A stretch of 64,000 bases of DNA. It comes from Gemmatimonadota bacterium (GTDB lineage Bacteria > Gemmatimonadota > Gemmatimonadetes > Longimicrobiales > RSA9). Position numbers and translations under genes: made by a program. Every line of letters starts with the position of its first letter. Position 1 is the stretch's first letter. This document shows positions 8,525-17,358 of this stretch, one piece after another. Below the pieces are notes generated by a model. It had not been told where the DNA came from. It saw nothing but the letters and a program-made list of their open reading frames with translations, and searched no databases. Location: positions 14,286-78,285 of the forward strand of contig SLCC01000011.1 of NCBI GenBank assembly GCA_007126035.1, written 5' to 3'.

Positions 8525-9154
8525 ATGAGCGCCACGAGAATCCTCACCGCCGCATGCGCGCTGGCCGTACTGGCCGCGCCGCTGGCCGCGCAGAACCCGG
8601 AGCAGCGGATCCAGCACGCCATGGACCGGGTCCAGGCCCAGGGCATGCCCGCGGAACTGCTCCAGGACAAGCTCGCAGAGGGGCTGGCCAAGAACGTGCC
8701 CATGGACCGGATCGCGGCCGTGATCGAGACCCGTGCCCTGCACATGGCGCAGGCGCAGGTCGCTCTCCAACGTGCACAGCAGGGTCCGCCCTCCGCGGCC
8801 GATCTGGCCGTCGGCGCCGACGCCATCGGCGCGGGCGTGAGCGAGGCGGTGCTGGCGGAGATCGCGAGCGAAGCCGGCCCCGAGCGGCGGACTGTGGCGC
8901 TCGCGGCGCTGGCCTACCTGGCCGGTCCCGACGGTGGGCTGCCCGAGGCAGCTCGCGTCGACCACGCTCTTGAGATGGTCATGGAGGCCCTCGACCGCGG
9001 TGGCCCGGGGCTCGGCGATCTCCAGCAGATCGCCCAGCGGGCCCGCGAGCAGCAGGGGATCGGCGGCCCGCCCGCGGGCGTGCCCGCACCCGGTAAGCCG
9101 GGTGGCGTCGGCAGGCCCGGCCGCCCCGGCGGTGGCCCGCCGAACAGCCTCTAA
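8525..9154 (+). CDS. secreted hypothetical protein (alpha-helical, Gly/Pro-rich tail)
   Basis: Start re-set to MSATRILTAACALAVLAAPLAAQ (signal peptide). No recognisable family. Same strand as the ECF genes, 70 nt downstream. Confidence 0.5.
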   Translation: MSATRILTAACALAVLAAPLAAQNPEQRIQHAMDRVQAQGMPAELLQDKLAEGLAKNVPMDRIAAVIETRALHMAQAQVALQRAQQGPPSAADLAVGADAIGAGVSEAVLAEIASEAGPERRTVALAALAYLAGPDGGLPEAARVDHALEMVMEALDRGGPGLGDLQQIAQRAREQQGIGGPPAGVPAPGKPGGVGRPGRPGGGPPNSL

Positions 9155-9188
9155 CAACTCGACCCGGCGCGTCTGATCGAGCCGACAA

Positions 9189-9227
9189 CCGGGGGCGGCC
9201 CCGTCACCAGGACGGGGCCGCCCCCGG
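9189..9227 (+). terminator. perfect 17-bp GC-rich hairpin after the 8525-9154 gene
   Basis: ccgggggcggccccgtc (9189-9205) / loop accag / gacggggccgcccccgg (9211-9227). No U-tract follows. Confidence 0.5.
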
Positions 9228-9270
9228 CGCATCCGCCCGGGTCCAGCTCCGGCACCCGCCCGTCGGCCAG

Positions 9271-9362
9271 CCCGGGAGCAGCCCGGGAGCCGCTCGGGAA
9301 CCCGGTCGGGAGCCGCCCGGGAGCCGCTCGGGAACCCGGTCGGGAGCCAGTTCTGGGAGCCG
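9271..9362. repeat. helically phased (C/T)GGGA motif array including a perfect 34-bp tandem duplication
   Basis: gcccgggagccgctcgggaacccggtcgggagcc occurs at 9281-9314 and again at 9315-9348. CGGGA/TGGGA cores start at 9273, 9284, 9295, 9307, 9318, 9329, 9341 and 9354, giving spacings of 11, 11, 12, 11, 11, 12 and 13. Confidence 0.85.
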
Positions 9363-9459
9363 GCGGGCGGGCGGCCCCTGTGAACCGGTAGCGCGGCGGA
9401 GTTCCCCACGCCCGTTGCGCAAATTCCGCGTCGGGCTCTATGCTCGTTGGGCGCCACCT

Positions 9460-10986
9460 ATGACACGACCCGAACCCCGACGACACATTTTCTTCGACCC
9501 CCTGGTCCGCACGGCCACGACAGCGACGTCGCGATCAGCCGGGCCCCGGGACAGGCTCCGGGCGGCTCGCCTGCTGGCACTGGCCCTTCTCCTGGCCCTG
9601 GCCGTCCCGCCCCCGCTCCTGGCCCACCAGTACCTCCGGGCGTCGGCCCCCGCCGACGGCGCCCAGCTCGATGCGGTCCCGGCCGAAGTGCGGCTCACCT
9701 TCTCCGAGCCCGTCCGGTTGGACTTCACCGATGTGGCGATCCAGGGTCCCGACGGGCTCCTGGTCCTGGGCCCCGGGGCCCAGGACCAGGAAGACCCCCG
9801 GGTCCTGGTGGTCCCGGTGGAGGGGGGTTGGCACGCGGGCGAGTTCGTCGTGCGCTGGACCACCGTGGGCGCCGATGGTCATCGGACCAGCGGGTCGGTC
9901 TCCTTCACCGTGGCCACGGACGCGGCGGGGCTCCCGGAGCCCGAGCCCGACCCCGCCGTTGATCCGGATCCCGCCGCGGCAGCTCCTGATGCCCCGGCGG
10001 CGGACCTGCGCACGCCACATCACGACCCACGGCTCTTTCCGGAGACCCCTGCGTTCGGCCCCGAGTCCCCGGCGTACGTTGCGATCCGCGCCGTGCTCTT
10101 CTCGGCGCTGGTCGCCCTGATCGGCGTCGTGGCGCTCAGGCTCACTGTCTTCCCGGCGGTCCGGCGGCGCTGGCCGGACCGGGGGGGCTGGCTGGTGGGT
10201 GGTATCGACCGGGGCGGGGCCCGGCTGGGCCTGGTGGCCAGCGCGCTCCTCATCCTGGCCGCCCTGGCCCGGCTGTGGGCCCAGTCCGCGTCGCTGTTCG
10301 GCACCGACGGGGCCCTGGCCCGCGATCGCCTGGCCCAGGCCCTGTCCCTCGAGCCCTGGGCCACTGGGTGGTGGCTACAGGTGACGGCGGCGGTGTTGGC
10401 GCTGGTCGGGTTCGCCCTGGTCCCGCGCGTTCCCGTCGCGGGCTGGGCGGTGGCTGCCCTGGCCGCCACTGCGGCGGCGATCACACCGGCCCTCTCCGGC
10501 CACGCTGTCGCCCTGTCCGATCTCAGCTGGTTCGCCGTGCCCGTTGACGCGGTGCACGTGCTGGCGGCAGGCGGCTGGATCGGCGGGCTGCTGGCGCTGG
10601 TGGTGGTGGGACTGCCCACAGCCCTGGGCCTCTCGCCGGAGCGCCGGGGCCCCGCCGCTTCCGCCCTGGTCCAGAGCTTCTCCCCCGCCGCCCTGGCCTT
10701 CACCGCCGCGCTGCTCGTGACCGGCGTGGTCTCGGCCTGGCTGCACCTGGGCGATGTCCAGGCGCTCTGGACCAGCGCCTACGGCCGCACCCTCCTCCTG
10801 AAGGTGGCGATCTTCTCCGCTGTAGCCCTGCTCGGGGCTTACAACTTCCTCCGGCTCCGACCCACCGTCGAGAGCGAGGATGGGTCCCGTAGGCTCCGGC
10901 GCTCCGGCGCCGTGGAGCTGGTGCTGGCGCTGGCGGTCATAGCCGTGACCGCCGTGCTGGTGGCCATCCCGCCGCCGGCTGACTGA
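9460..10986 (+). CDS. copper resistance protein, CopC-CopD fusion
   Basis: After the signal peptide, HQYLRASAPADGAQLDAVPAEVRLTFSEPV is a CopC-type periplasmic domain. It is followed by ~8 TM helices of CopD type. The start is uncertain (ATG 9415 or 9460). Confidence 0.8.
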   Translation: MTRPEPRRHIFFDPLVRTATTATSRSAGPRDRLRAARLLALALLLALAVPPPLLAHQYLRASAPADGAQLDAVPAEVRLTFSEPVRLDFTDVAIQGPDGLLVLGPGAQDQEDPRVLVVPVEGGWHAGEFVVRWTTVGADGHRTSGSVSFTVATDAAGLPEPEPDPAVDPDPAAAAPDAPAADLRTPHHDPRLFPETPAFGPESPAYVAIRAVLFSALVALIGVVALRLTVFPAVRRRWPDRGGWLVGGIDRGGARLGLVASALLILAALARLWAQSASLFGTDGALARDRLAQALSLEPWATGWWLQVTAAVLALVGFALVPRVPVAGWAVAALAATAAAITPALSGHAVALSDLSWFAVPVDAVHVLAAGGWIGGLLALVVVGLPTALGLSPERRGPAASALVQSFSPAALAFTAALLVTGVVSAWLHLGDVQALWTSAYGRTLLLKVAIFSAVALLGAYNFLRLRPTVESEDGSRRLRRSGAVELVLALAVIAVTAVLVAIPPPAD

Positions 10987-11083
10987 CGGTCCCGCCGCCC
11001 GAGACACTCCACCGCTGCCTGCGATCCTCGCCGGTCGGGCTGGGCTCGGCATCCCGGCCGCTCGCTCTGGCGCGAGTGATCGC

Positions 11084-13060
11084 CTACTCCAGGTACGTAT
11101 ATCCGTCCAGCCCCTCGTCCAGGAACCGGCGCAGGCTCACCGCTTCGTCCAGGGTCAGGCGCTTGTTCGCCAGCGCCGCCTCAACCTCTCGTCGGAGCGT
11201 GCGCCGGATGGCGTCCGGGTTGTACTGCACGGAGCTGAGAACCTCCCGGACCGAGTCGCCCTCCACCACCTCCTCGAGCTGCCACTGCCCGTCAGTCCCC
11301 AGCTTGACGTGCACGGCGTGGGTGTCACCGAACAGGTTGTGCAGGTCGCCCAGCGTCTCCTGGTAGGCTCCCGTGAGGAAGGCGCCCAGGTAGTAGGGCT
11401 CGTATGCCACGGAGGGCCCGCCGTTGGGCCGGAGCGGCTGGAGCGCGTGCAGGGGCAGGGTCTTCTCCGGGCCCATCCGTCCCGGGAAGGCGTCCACGCG
11501 GCCGTCGGAGTCGCAGGTGATGTCCGCCAGCGTGGCCCGCCGCGTGGGGGCTTCGTTCAAGCGGTGGATCGGGATGATGGGGAACAGCTGGTCGATGCCC
11601 CATGAGTCGATCAGGGACTGGAACAGGCTGAAGTTGGAGAAGTAGAGGTCCCCCAGCCGGTCCGCCAGGTCGCCGAACTCCTCCGGCAGGTCTTCGGCGA
11701 AGTCCCGGAGCACCTGGTTGCCGATGGCCCAGTACAGCTCCTCGCAGGCGGCGCGGGCGATGATGGACATGTAGCCCAGGTTGAACAGGCTCATGGCCTC
11801 GCCCAGGGCGTGCTCCGCGTCATGGTAGACCTCCGCCGCGTCCACCTCCGGGTCGCCCAGCCGCTCGAAGGCGTCCACCAGGTCCAGCAGCGGCTGGGGC
11901 GTCTCGTCCTCCGGGACCTCCGCCAACGCCCGCTCGATGAGCTTGCCGTCCGGCTTGACCGGGAAGACGCGGCTGCCCAGGACCTCGAAGACCAACACGC
12001 CGGAATGGGCCACCAGCGCCCGGCCGGATTCGGTGATGATCTGGGGGTGCGGCACCTCGGCGTCGTCGCATATGAACTGGACCCGGTGGATGATGTCCGC
12101 GGCGTACTGCTCCAGCGTGTAGTTGATGGACGACTGGGTGGCCGATTGGGTCCCGTCGTAGTCCACCCCGAGCCCGCCGCCCAGGTCCAGGATCCCCATG
12201 GGCGCGCCCAGCTTCACCAGCTCCACGTACAGGTGGGTCAGCTCGTTCACCGCGTACTTGATGGTCCGGATGTCATAGATCTGCGACCCGATGTGGCAGT
12301 GCAGCATCACCAGCCCCTCCAGCAGCCCCTCCTCCCGCAGGTAGTCCACCGATGACAGGATCTGGCTCACCGACAGGCCGAACTTGCCACGGAAGCCGCC
12401 GGACCCCGCCCAGCGACCCACGCCGCTAGTGGCCAGCTTGGCCCGCACGCCGAACCGGGGCGTGACCCGATGCGCCCGCGCGGACCGGACGATCAGCTCG
12501 AGCTCGAACGGCTGCTCGGCCACCGGCAAGACGTTACGGCCCATCTTCGCCGCCAGGATTGTCGTCTCGATGAACTCGCTGTCCTTGAAACCGTTGCAGA
12601 CCAGCGGCATGTCGGGCAGGCCGGCGGTTAGCGCCAACCCCGCCAGCAGCTCGGGCTTCGAGCCCGCCTCCAGCCCAAAACCCAGCTCCCTGCCCAGGTC
12701 TCGGATCTCTTCCGCCAGGTACCGCTCCTGGTTCACCTTCAGCGGGTAGACGCAGGTGTAGCCGCCCTGGTACTCCGCCTCGGCGATGGCCTCGTCGAAC
12801 GCCCGGCGCATGTGGCGCATGCGGTGGGCCAACACGCCCGAGAACCGGACGACGACCGGCGGGTTGATGTGCCTGGCCGAGAGCCCCTCCACCACGTCCA
12901 GCAGGTCGATGGTCTTCTCGTCGCCGTCGGGGTGGACCTGGACGGTGCCACGCTCGGATACGCTGAAATAGGGCGCGCCCCAGTCCTCGAGACCGTAAAG
13001 CTCGGCGGAGTCGGCGGAGGTCCAGACGCGGTCCTGCGACGGCAATGGCGTCTCTAGCAT
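11084..13060 (-). CDS. speA: biosynthetic arginine decarboxylase
   Basis: ~658 aa with full-length resemblance to SpeA (SAELYGLEDWGAPYFSV.., YPLKVNQ, HCHIGSQ, DITCDSDG). Start re-set to MLETPLP (ATG 13060). Confidence 0.9.
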   Translation of the reverse strand: MLETPLPSQDRVWTSADSAELYGLEDWGAPYFSVSERGTVQVHPDGDEKTIDLLDVVEGLSARHINPPVVVRFSGVLAHRMRHMRRAFDEAIAEAEYQGGYTCVYPLKVNQERYLAEEIRDLGRELGFGLEAGSKPELLAGLALTAGLPDMPLVCNGFKDSEFIETTILAAKMGRNVLPVAEQPFELELIVRSARAHRVTPRFGVRAKLATSGVGRWAGSGGFRGKFGLSVSQILSSVDYLREEGLLEGLVMLHCHIGSQIYDIRTIKYAVNELTHLYVELVKLGAPMGILDLGGGLGVDYDGTQSATQSSINYTLEQYAADIIHRVQFICDDAEVPHPQIITESGRALVAHSGVLVFEVLGSRVFPVKPDGKLIERALAEVPEDETPQPLLDLVDAFERLGDPEVDAAEVYHDAEHALGEAMSLFNLGYMSIIARAACEELYWAIGNQVLRDFAEDLPEEFGDLADRLGDLYFSNFSLFQSLIDSWGIDQLFPIIPIHRLNEAPTRRATLADITCDSDGRVDAFPGRMGPEKTLPLHALQPLRPNGGPSVAYEPYYLGAFLTGAYQETLGDLHNLFGDTHAVHVKLGTDGQWQLEEVVEGDSVREVLSSVQYNPDAIRRTLRREVEAALANKRLTLDEAVSLRRFLDEGLDGYTYLE

Positions 13061-13423
13061 TGGTAGGTCTTTGCTGCGCTTCACGCTGATGATCTTGTAA
13101 TCCAGGACGCACAAGAGTCACCCACTCAGGGCCTTCCCACAAGACCCGACTCTCCAGCAACCTCGGGGCGAGCCGTTGCAGGAACCTTTCCAGTTGTGTT
13201 TCCCGGTAGCCTGTGGACGGACAGAGATCTGACCGGTCCGGGCTGTATCTCGTAATGGAGCGGCCCGAGCCCCCGGGCCGCCCCGGCCTTGCTGCACGGA
13301 TCTTGCCTCTGCTCCACCAGCGTTCTGTGCAGGGAGTGCCGTTGACGCGGGGCTCGCTGTTGGCCGGAGGGGGCCGTTCGACCGACGGGCCCCTATTTCT
13401 GTTGCCTGGAGCCGAGGCGGATT

Positions 13424-14188
13424 ATGGCGGGACGAGGCTCGGACCAGCCGACGGCGGTGCTGGGCAGGGACCGGGTGGAGGCGGAGGTGCGCCGGCTGGG
13501 CCCCTGGTTCCATGACCTGGACCTGGGCGGCGTCCGTACCGCCCCTGACCACCCGTTGGGCGGATTCCTCGGTGACCTGTGGTCGACGGTAGAGGCTGCT
13601 TTCCCCGCCGACATGACGGGCAAGCGGGTGCTGGACATCGGCTGCAACGCCGGCTTCTACTCGTTCCAGCTCCGCCGCCGTGGCGCCCGGGTCCTGGGCA
13701 TCGACCACGATCCACGCTACCTGGCGCAGGCCCGTTTCGCCGCCGGCGTCCTGGGCCTGGACGTGGAGTTCCGTGAGCTGGAGGTCTACGACGTGGTCGA
13801 GTTGGGCGAGACGTTCGACTACGTCCTGTTCATGGGCGTGCTGTACCACCTGCGCTACCCCCTCCTGGCCCTTGACCGGGTAGCCCGAGTGGTCGAGGAG
13901 ACCCTGGTCGTGCAGAGTATGGTCCGCGGGGCGGCGCCACCGGCGGCGGTCTCGACTGACGCTCCACTCGAAGAGGAGCGGATGTTCCATGAGCCGGGTT
14001 TCCCTGGCATGTACTTCGTCGAGCACAGCTACGCGGGGGACCCGAGCAACTGGTGGATCCCCAACGAGGCGGGCCTCCAGGCCATGCTCCGCTCCGCCGG
14101 TCTCGTCATCCGAGAGCACCCGGGCCCCGGCATATACTTCTGCGGTCCGAACGTCGACTTCACACGTTGGGGTAACGCATGGCGGTGA
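13424..14188 (+). CDS. class I SAM-dependent methyltransferase (CmoB/DUF1698-like)
   Basis: VLDIGCNAGFYSF..GA.VLGIDHD is the SAM motif I / post-I. From unverified memory, this type is annotated as a TIGR04290-family methyltransferase. First gene of the coupled operon. Confidence 0.75.
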   Translation: MAGRGSDQPTAVLGRDRVEAEVRRLGPWFHDLDLGGVRTAPDHPLGGFLGDLWSTVEAAFPADMTGKRVLDIGCNAGFYSFQLRRRGARVLGIDHDPRYLAQARFAAGVLGLDVEFRELEVYDVVELGETFDYVLFMGVLYHLRYPLLALDRVARVVEETLVVQSMVRGAAPPAAVSTDAPLEEERMFHEPGFPGMYFVEHSYAGDPSNWWIPNEAGLQAMLRSAGLVIREHPGPGIYFCGPNVDFTRWGNAWR

Positions 14189-15273
14189 AACCGGTACTCG
14201 TGACAGGTGGCGCCGGGTTCATTGGCAGCAATCTGGTGGATACGCTCCTTTCCGACGGTGAGCGCGTCGTGGTAGTGGACAATCTGTCCCGGCCCGGCTC
14301 GGTCCGGAACGCCGAGTGGCTCAGTCGTCGCCATGGCGAGCGGGTGGCCATCGAACGGGTCGACGTCGGGGACGAGCCGACCATGCGACGGCTGGTGGGA
14401 GGTTCCAGGGCGGTCTACCACATGGCGGCGCAGGTAGCGGTCACCACGTCGATCGTCGATCCGGTCCTGGACTTCGAGACCAACCTCCAGGGCACGTTCA
14501 ACATCCTGGAGGCCGCCCGCCGGTCCGAGCCGCCGCCGCCAGTCCTGTTCACCTCCACCAACAAGGTCTACGGTGGCCTCGACGACATCCCCGTGGAGTT
14601 GGACGGTGAACGTTATGTCCTGACGGGTACACCGGCAGGGGTCGGCGAAGACCGGCCGCTGGACTTTCACTCGCCCTACGGCTGTTCGAAGGGCGCCGCG
14701 GACCAGTATGTCCGGGACTACGGCCGGGTCTTCGGTGTGCCCGCCGTGGTCCTGCGCATGAGCTGCGTCTATGGCCGGCGCCAGTGGGGCACGGAAGACC
14801 AGGGCTGGGTAGCCCATTTCGGACGGGCCCTGCTGAAGAACGCTCCCATCACCATCTACGGCGACGGGTTCCAGGTCCGGGACATCCTCTGGGTCGACGA
14901 CCTGGTGGCTGCCATGCGATGCGCAGTGGCCGCCGCCGTCGGTGCGACGCCCCGGATCTACAACATCGGCGGCGGGCCGGACAACGCGGTTTCCGTCAGG
15001 GAGGTTGTGGACCGCCTGGCCGCGCTCATCGGTGTGAACCCCAAGCTGGTGCTCAACGACTGGCGCCCCGGGGATCAGCGGGTGTACGTGACCGACACCC
15101 GCAGGATCAACGAGGAGCTGGGCTGGAGACCGAGCGTCGCGGTGGAGGAAGGACTGGTGCGCCTGCTGGAGTGGCTCCGGGAGGCGGAGGGGACCAAGGC
15201 AATGAGGCCGTCGCCCCGGATCGGAACGGGCCGGGGTCGGGGCTCCCGGGCGGCTGCGGGCGCCAGCTCGTGA
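14179..15273 (+). CDS. NAD-dependent sugar epimerase/dehydratase, CDP-paratose 2-epimerase-like SDR
   Basis: VLVTGGAGFIGSNL, YGCSKGAADQY (YxxxK) and the GTEDQGWVAHF segment that I associate with CDP-tyvelose/paratose epimerases. Overlaps the upstream gene by 10 nt. Confidence 0.8.
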   Translation: MAVKPVLVTGGAGFIGSNLVDTLLSDGERVVVVDNLSRPGSVRNAEWLSRRHGERVAIERVDVGDEPTMRRLVGGSRAVYHMAAQVAVTTSIVDPVLDFETNLQGTFNILEAARRSEPPPPVLFTSTNKVYGGLDDIPVELDGERYVLTGTPAGVGEDRPLDFHSPYGCSKGAADQYVRDYGRVFGVPAVVLRMSCVYGRRQWGTEDQGWVAHFGRALLKNAPITIYGDGFQVRDILWVDDLVAAMRCAVAAAVGATPRIYNIGGGPDNAVSVREVVDRLAALIGVNPKLVLNDWRPGDQRVYVTDTRRINEELGWRPSVAVEEGLVRLLEWLREAEGTKAMRPSPRIGTGRGRGSRAAAGASS

Positions 15274-15314
15274 GTCGGGGCGTGGGCACTCCCGCCTCGC
15301 CAGACCGCGCCACG

Positions 15315-16277
15315 ATGAGCGCTGCCGTCCTGACGGCGCCAGGCCGGGTCAGGTTGGACCGGGTGCGGCGGCCGGACCCCGGGCCGGGTCAGGTCAGGAT
15401 CCGGCTCGAGGGGAGCGGTGTCTGTGGCTCGGACCTGGCCCAGTGGAGGGGCGCCCCCTGGTTCAGCTATCCGTTACCGCCGGGTCAGCCCGGCCACGAG
15501 GGGTGGGGCGAGGTCGACGCGCTGGGCAGTGGCGTGGAGGCGCCGGCCCCGGGCACCAGGGTCGCCACCCTCGCCATCGGCGCCTACGCCAACTACGCAC
15601 TGGACCATGCCAGCGCCGTGGTCCCGCTGCCGGACTCGCTGGCGGACCGGCCGTTCCCAGCGGAGCCGCTGGGCTGCGCCATGAACGTGTTCAGGCGCAG
15701 CCATGTCGCTCCGGATGACGCGGTGGTGGTGGTCGGTATCGGGTTCCTGGGCGCTCTCCTCACCCGTCTGGCCGTGGTTGCCGGCGCCCGGGTCATGGCC
15801 GTCTCCCGGCGGCGCTTCGCCCGGGACGTGGGCAAGCAGGCCGGCGCGGAGGTGGTGGCGGAGCTGGACCACGGTCCCGCCGCCCTGGAGGAGTGGGTCC
15901 GTGACTGGAACAGCGGCCGGCTCGCGGATAGCGTCATCGAGGTCACCGGCACACAGTCGGGGCTGGACGCGGCGTCCCGGCTGCCCCGGGTCCGCGGCCG
16001 GCTGGTCATTGCCGGCTACCACCAGGGCGGCCCGCGGACGGTGGACCTCCAGGGCTGGAACTGGCGCGGGCTGGACGTTATCAACGCCCACGAGCGGGAC
16101 CAGGCCGAGTACGTGCGCGGGATGCGCGAGGCCATCACGGCCGTGGAGACGGGTCGCCTGGATCCGTGGCCCCTCATCACCCACACCTTCCCACTGGACC
16201 TCCTGGACCAGGCACTGGACATGGCACGGAGCCGACCGGACGGGTTCCTCAAGGCGGTGGTGATCCACGATGGCTAG
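15315..16277 (+). CDS. zinc-dependent alcohol/polyol dehydrogenase (MDR family)
   Basis: Start re-set to MSAAVLTAPGRV. Contains EGSGVCGSDL (catalytic Zn Cys), GHEGWG and a Rossmann VVVVGIGFLG. The long 5' extension in the track overlaps the epimerase out of frame. Confidence 0.8.
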   Translation: MSAAVLTAPGRVRLDRVRRPDPGPGQVRIRLEGSGVCGSDLAQWRGAPWFSYPLPPGQPGHEGWGEVDALGSGVEAPAPGTRVATLAIGAYANYALDHASAVVPLPDSLADRPFPAEPLGCAMNVFRRSHVAPDDAVVVVGIGFLGALLTRLAVVAGARVMAVSRRRFARDVGKQAGAEVVAELDHGPAALEEWVRDWNSGRLADSVIEVTGTQSGLDAASRLPRVRGRLVIAGYHQGGPRTVDLQGWNWRGLDVINAHERDQAEYVRGMREAITAVETGRLDPWPLITHTFPLDLLDQALDMARSRPDGFLKAVVIHDG

Positions 16278-17358
16278 TGGAGCACTCCCCCGGTCAGGTG
16301 AGCGCTGGGAGCGCGGCGCCGCCGGCGAGACCGCTCGCGCCCGCGCGGCCAGGGGCGGCGAGGTCGGTGTGCCACGAGTCGGCTTCGCAGGCGTGGGCTG
16401 GATCGGCCGCCATCGCATGGAGGCCATCGTGGAGGCGGGCCCGGTCCAGGTCGCGGCCATCGTGGACCCTGACCCGGCCGCCACGTCCGCCGCCTCGGCG
16501 CTGGCCCCGTCCGCTGCCATCGTGGACTCGTTCGAGCGTCTCCTGGACCTGGAACTGGACGGCGTGGTGATCGCCACACCCAGCGCTGCCCACGCCGAGC
16601 AGGCGACGGCGGCCCTGGAGAGAGGCGCCGCCGTCTTCTGCCAGAAGCCCCTGGGCCGGACCGCCGCTGAGACGGAGGCGGTGGTGTCGGCGGCCAGGAC
16701 GGCGGACCGGCTGCTGGGCGTTGACCTGTGCTATCGGCGGACCGCTGCCATGGAGCGGGTGCGGGAGGCTGTGGTGGCGGGCGAGCTGGGCCGCGTGCAC
16801 GCCGCGGACCTCACCTTCCACAACGCCTACGGGCCGGACAGGTCCTGGTTCTACGACCCCGGCCTCGCCGGTGGCGGGTGTCTGGTGGACCTGGGCACCC
16901 ACCTGGTCGACCTGGCCCTGTGGGTCCTGGGCTTCCCCTCCGTGGACAGGATAAGCTCCCGGCTCTACCACCGGGGCCGGCTGGTTCGGCCCTCTGACCA
17001 GGTGGCCGAGGACCATGCACTGGTCGAGCTGGGGCTGGACGGCGGTGCGACCGTGCGCATCGCCTGCTCGTGGAACCTCCACGCCGGGCGGGACGCCGTC
17101 ATCGAGGCAGCCTTCTACGGGGACGAGGGTGGCGCGGCCATGAGGAACGTGGCGGGCTCCTTCTACGACTTCACCGCTGACCTCTACCGCGGCACCAGCG
17201 CCCGGCGGCTGGCGGACCCGCCGGACGCCTGGGGCGGGCGCACCATCGTCGGGTGGGCGAAGAGCCTGGCCCGGGGCCACGGGTTCGATCCGGACATAGG
17301 GCAGGCCATCGACGTGGCCCGTGTCCTGGACCGGGTATACGAGCGATGCGCATACTGA
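16270..17358 (+). CDS. Gfo/Idh/MocA-family oxidoreductase
   Basis: VGFAGVGWIGRHRMEAI is the N-terminal Rossmann; the body is typical of the family. The ATG at 16270 overlaps the upstream stop. An alternative GTG at 16369 has GAGG 5 nt upstream. Confidence 0.75.
   Translation: MASGALPRSGERWERGAAGETARARAARGGEVGVPRVGFAGVGWIGRHRMEAIVEAGPVQVAAIVDPDPAATSAASALAPSAAIVDSFERLLDLELDGVVIATPSAAHAEQATAALERGAAVFCQKPLGRTAAETEAVVSAARTADRLLGVDLCYRRTAAMERVREAVVAGELGRVHAADLTFHNAYGPDRSWFYDPGLAGGGCLVDLGTHLVDLALWVLGFPSVDRISSRLYHRGRLVRPSDQVAEDHALVELGLDGGATVRIACSWNLHAGRDAVIEAAFYGDEGGAAMRNVAGSFYDFTADLYRGTSARRLADPPDAWGGRTIVGWAKSLARGHGFDPDIGQAIDVARVLDRVYERCAY

Noticed and set aside
9271-9362. Possible CRISPR array (also considered for 57442-57497 and 61979-62006).
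   Set aside because: The repeats are directly abutting with no unique spacers, the units are only 7-34 nt, and no cas genes are present.
8390-9457. 355-aa minus-strand ORF spanning the 9271-9362 repeat (it translates to repeated ..PTGFPSGSRAAPG..), which could be mistaken for a repeat protein.
   Set aside because: It overlaps the secreted-protein gene 8525-9154 antisense, runs through a 17-bp terminator hairpin and has no start context. The repeat is better explained as non-coding DNA.
13061-13423. 360-nt region upstream of speA as a possible riboswitch or leader (contains the CGGCCCG-agccc-CGGGCCG hairpin).
   Set aside because: I could not recognise any known riboswitch core by eye, and the region also has to house the divergent promoter of the 13424 operon. 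It needs an Rfam scan before any claim.
14784-16277. Long 5' extensions of real genes in the ORF track (14784, 17253, 19203, 21460, 25403, 36062, 45745, 46700, 51172, 51889, 58955; the 592-aa ORF at 34403-36181; the 283-aa form at 3139-3990).
   Set aside because: The extensions overlap the upstream gene and have junk composition. Internal ATG/GTG codons with an RBS or ATGA/GTGA stop-start coupling give N-termini that match the expected family N-termini.
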